Below are positions 61,415 to 64,000 of a stretch of DNA of 64,000 nucleotides, in pieces. The notes below the pieces were generated by a model. That model searched no databases, was not told where the DNA came from, and worked only from the letters and a program-made list of their open reading frames with translations. The position numbers and the translations under genes were made by a program. The DNA comes from Candidatus Dormiibacterota bacterium (GTDB lineage: Bacteria > Chloroflexota > Dormibacteria > CF-121), in the NCBI GenBank assembly GCA_036390825.1, contig DASWBA010000116.1, positions 37,442 to 101,441 on the forward strand, given 5' to 3'. Numbering within the stretch: position 1 is the stretch's first letter; each line of letters opens with the position of its first letter.

Positions 61415-62683
61415 ATGAAGCCTGGCGCGCTGGCCTGGCTGATGGTGGCGGCCATGAGCCTCGCGGGTTGCACGAGTCAAAATGGCAACTCGGCGCGGAC
61501 GCTTGGCGTGATTGCGTTGGGGGCGGATCTCCCGCTCACCGGTGGCGATGGGCCGGATGGGATATCGGCGAAGAACGCCATCGACCTCGCCATCAACCAG
61601 GCGGGACGGGTCTGCGGGGTGAGCCGCCATACGGATGCATGCTTTGACCTGCGGGCAATTGCCGTCGACGATGTCTTGAAGGGCGTCCACGACCCCGCGC
61701 AGGGGGCGAAGAACGTCGAGCTTCTGGCCGGCGACCCGAGCGTCGCCGCCGTAATTGGCCCTCTCTATGACAGCCTGGCGAGGAGCGAGCTACCGGTCGC
61801 AAATGCCGCGGATCTGGCAATGATCAGTCCCGCGGTCACCGACGAGTGTTTGACCCAGGAGCCTGCGGACGGGCATTGCAAGGGGCTGGCCGGACGACTT
61901 CGAGCTCGCGGCCCCAACAACTTCTTTCGTGTCGTGACCACCCAACTGGTGGAGGGGGCGGCCGGTGCCGACCTGGCGTTCAAGACGTTGGGAAAACGGC
62001 GGGCCTTCGTGATCAACGATCAGACCCCGTTCGGACTTGGAATTGCGACGACGTTCGTCGATCGGTTTGTCGCAGACGGTGGGACGATCGTCGACCCATC
62101 GGATCTTGGCGGCTTCGATCCAGCCACGTCGCCGAGCTTTGGATCACGCGTCCAGCGCGCGGTCGGGTTGGCCGCGGATGTCGTCTACTTCGCCGGTGCC
62201 GACATCTACGCGGCCGCGTCGCTGCGACGCGAAATGGTCACCCAAATGCCTCAGGTCCCCCTGATCGGCAGCGATCGGCTGGCCAACGACCAGTTCGCGA
62301 AGTCGGCCGGTTCGACCGCGCGCGGCAGCTATTACACCGTCGTCGGTCCGCACCCCGCCAGCCTCCGACAGGCGCAGGGGTTCGTTCGCGACTATCAGAA
62401 ACGCTACGGCCAGACGGTGGGCACCTATAGCGTGCAGTCGTTCGATGCCGCCAACCTCCTGATCGCGGCGATCGGCCGGGCGATCGATGATGCCGGCGGG
62501 CAACGGCCAAATCGGGCCCAGGTGCTCACCGCACTCAGCCGAACGACGGCCTATCGCGGCGCGATGGGTGTGATCAGCTTCGATTCGCGGGGCGACACCA
62601 GCCTGATGGTGGTCTCCGCCTACCAGTGGCTGGCCGACACCGAGCCCAGCGGCCAGTTCGCCGCGCAGATCACCGTGGCCTGA
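61415..62683 (+). CDS. second branched-chain amino acid ABC substrate-binding lipoprotein (paralogue of 56366-57637)
   Basis: Signal WLMVAAMSLAGC. It is collinear with the first SBP (CFDLRAIAVDDVLKGVHDPAQGAKNV versus CFTLTSFPLDDAVNGVHDVGQGAKNV). Confidence 0.9.
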   Translation: MKPGALAWLMVAAMSLAGCTSQNGNSARTLGVIALGADLPLTGGDGPDGISAKNAIDLAINQAGRVCGVSRHTDACFDLRAIAVDDVLKGVHDPAQGAKNVELLAGDPSVAAVIGPLYDSLARSELPVANAADLAMISPAVTDECLTQEPADGHCKGLAGRLRARGPNNFFRVVTTQLVEGAAGADLAFKTLGKRRAFVINDQTPFGLGIATTFVDRFVADGGTIVDPSDLGGFDPATSPSFGSRVQRAVGLAADVVYFAGADIYAAASLRREMVTQMPQVPLIGSDRLANDQFAKSAGSTARGSYYTVVGPHPASLRQAQGFVRDYQKRYGQTVGTYSVQSFDAANLLIAAIGRAIDDAGGQRPNRAQVLTALSRTTAYRGAMGVISFDSRGDTSLMVVSAYQWLADTEPSGQFAAQITVA

Positions 62684-63541
62684 TCAGCCGATCGGGCGAC
62701 CGGTCACCAGCGCGAGCGCGATCAGGTAGACGCAGATCACGGCGAACAGGCCGTACTCGAACATGATCCGGCGGGAGAGCGAGTCGTCGAGCGCGTGGAC
62801 CGTCAGCCCCTGCCAGGCATACCAGGCAAAGGCGAGGATCACGGCCACGTACTGGCTGCCCTGGTTGAGATAGGTCACCATGCCGAAGGCGCCGAAGGTG
62901 ACGGTGCCGGCCGTCAGGAAGGCGGAGAGCAGGGCGAGGCCCTCTCGCTTGGTGGCGAACCGGAAGCTGCGATAGCCACTCAGCAATGCAACCACGAACA
63001 CCGCGCTGAACTTGATCACGTTGGGCAGGTCGTTCGACTGCAGAATCAAAAAGAAGAGGGCGAGCAGCGCGCAAAAGGTGGTCGCATCCCGCAGGAAGCG
63101 GTGCAGCGGACGCTCGCGACCCATGCCCCGCGAGAGGTCGACGTAGCAGCTGGCGAAGATGAACGCACCCATGGTCACCATCGCGAGCGCGTGGACCCGA
63201 TAGTCGGGCGCCAGGATCGAGAAAGCCGACGCGGCGATGATGATCAGGACCGGCGAGATGTAGTGATCGAGGCTCAGCCACGCGGGTGTGCGGTTTCGCG
63301 CGTGAAGGAAGACCAGTCCAAGGGTGGTCAGGGCCGCGAGTCCGGCCGTTGCTTGCCAGACCTGGGTGGGGGACAGTAACTCGGACTTGAAGCTGAGGCC
63401 GATCGCAACCGCCCATGCCGACAGCAACCCCAGGTAGCGGGTGCCCAGCTGCACCGGGCGAGGCGCGGGTCGTGATCGAGGCCGCGCTCGGACTTGTCCT
63501 GGCGGAAGGGTTGCGGAAGAACTCGCCAGGGCTTCCGACAT
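62684..63541 (-). CDS. polytopic membrane protein of unknown function
   Basis: 285 aa with about 8 hydrophobic helices and an Arg/Pro-rich cytoplasmic N-terminus. Confidence 0.6.
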   Translation of the reverse strand: MSEALASSSATLPPGQVRARPRSRPAPRPVQLGTRYLGLLSAWAVAIGLSFKSELLSPTQVWQATAGLAALTTLGLVFLHARNRTPAWLSLDHYISPVLIIIAASAFSILAPDYRVHALAMVTMGAFIFASCYVDLSRGMGRERPLHRFLRDATTFCALLALFFLILQSNDLPNVIKFSAVFVVALLSGYRSFRFATKREGLALLSAFLTAGTVTFGAFGMVTYLNQGSQYVAVILAFAWYAWQGLTVHALDDSLSRRIMFEYGLFAVICVYLIALALVTGRPIG

Positions 63542-63615
63542 GGCGGCTAGTCTAGCAGGGAAACGTCCGTTTGGGGCTGGGGGAAAGCCGCCATCCGCAA
63601 TCCGGAATTTGTATT

Positions 63616-63631
63616 CGAAAACAAATGTTCG
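63616..63631 (-). promoter_or_regulatory. degenerate LexA-box-like element upstream of the membrane protein gene
   Basis: The minus strand reads ctgacg tCGAACATTTGTTTtcg aataca. The left half and spacer are identical to the imuA' box, and the right half is GTTT instead of GTTC. Confidence 0.35.
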
Positions 63632-63700
63632 ACGTCAGCCGCCGCCGCTGTGGAAACTGTGGAAAGTCGAACGTGGAGACCCCCCGCCCGACCTGGCGGT

Positions 63701-64000
63701 CTATGCCGTGCTCGTACCCTGCCGGCCGTACTTGTCCTCCAGCCGGACGACGTCGTCGATCTCCGGGGTCGAGACCTCGAAGAACTCGCACTCCTCGACG
63801 CCGATCATCCGGTGCTTGCGCCCCGGCATGACCCGCCGCGACATCCCGGGCGTGAGCCGGTGGGTCTCCATCTGGCCCGCGTCATCTTCGAGTTGGAGGT
63901 CCATCGCGCCCTTGACCACCAGCAGCGTTTCGTCTTTCTGCCGGTGGTACTGCAGGCTGAGCATCTCCCCGCTGTTGATGTGGATCACTTTGCCCAGGTA
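63701..64000 (-). CDS. cupin-domain protein (mannose-6-phosphate isomerase type II C-terminal-like), 5' end outside the window
   Basis: YLGKVIHINSGEMLSLQYHRQKDETLLVVKGAMDL...GRKHRMIGVEECEFFEVSTPEIDDVVRLEDKYGR. The frame is open to position 64000. Confidence 0.7.
   Translation of the reverse strand, partial: YLGKVIHINSGEMLSLQYHRQKDETLLVVKGAMDLQLEDDAGQMETHRLTPGMSRRVMPGRKHRMIGVEECEFFEVSTPEIDDVVRLEDKYGRQGTSTA

Overview
GC-rich bacterial chromosomal window. The gene content looks Actinomycetota- or Chloroflexota-like (DUF222-HNH, UdgX-type UDG, F420-type LLM oxidoreductase, imuA'-imuB-dnaE2), but taxonomy cannot be fixed from sequence alone. Most of it is housekeeping or metabolic: two crotonases, ABC-F, two glutamine synthetases, Fpg, a TetR + ABC-2 exporter, serS-lysS, greA, dus, coaX and a liv-type ABC importer with two binding proteins. 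Five parts deserve attention. (1) A cyanophycin locus: cphB-cphA runs convergent with an operon for a CphA paralogue that keeps the N-domain and the Mur-ligase M-domain but has no ATP-grasp G-domain. That gene is preceded by a receiver-less OmpR-type wHTH protein and a small DHp-like helical protein. I know of no characterised N+M-only enzyme, so this is my best candidate for a new system. (2) An SOS module: imuA'-imuB-(84-aa ORF)-dnaE2 with 4-8 nt overlaps. Two perfect Cheo/LexA boxes each sit in the 17-nt spacer of a near-consensus promoter. The second drives a possibly leaderless small ORF plus a DUF222-HNH endonuclease. A third, degenerate box lies at 63.6 kb. (3) A UdgX-type (KRRLH loop) uracil-DNA glycosylase whose start overlaps the stop of a PAS histidine kinase. 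(4) A ~6 kb tRNA-Ser(UGA)-integrated island bounded by a 53-nt direct repeat, with a tyrosine integrase and cstA-ybdD cargo. (5) Smaller oddities: two conserved genes with no canonical in-frame start codon, a TetR with tandem HTH modules behind a perfect 18-bp palindrome, a Fur/Zur-like palindrome at a probably leaderless zinc-peptidase gene, and an orphan CheB/CheR-PAS pair. Many long ORFs in the track are antisense or alternative-frame artefacts of high GC, and many real genes are over-extended at the 5' end. Starts were re-picked by homology-style reasoning and gene coupling. All calls come from reading translations; no searches were run.
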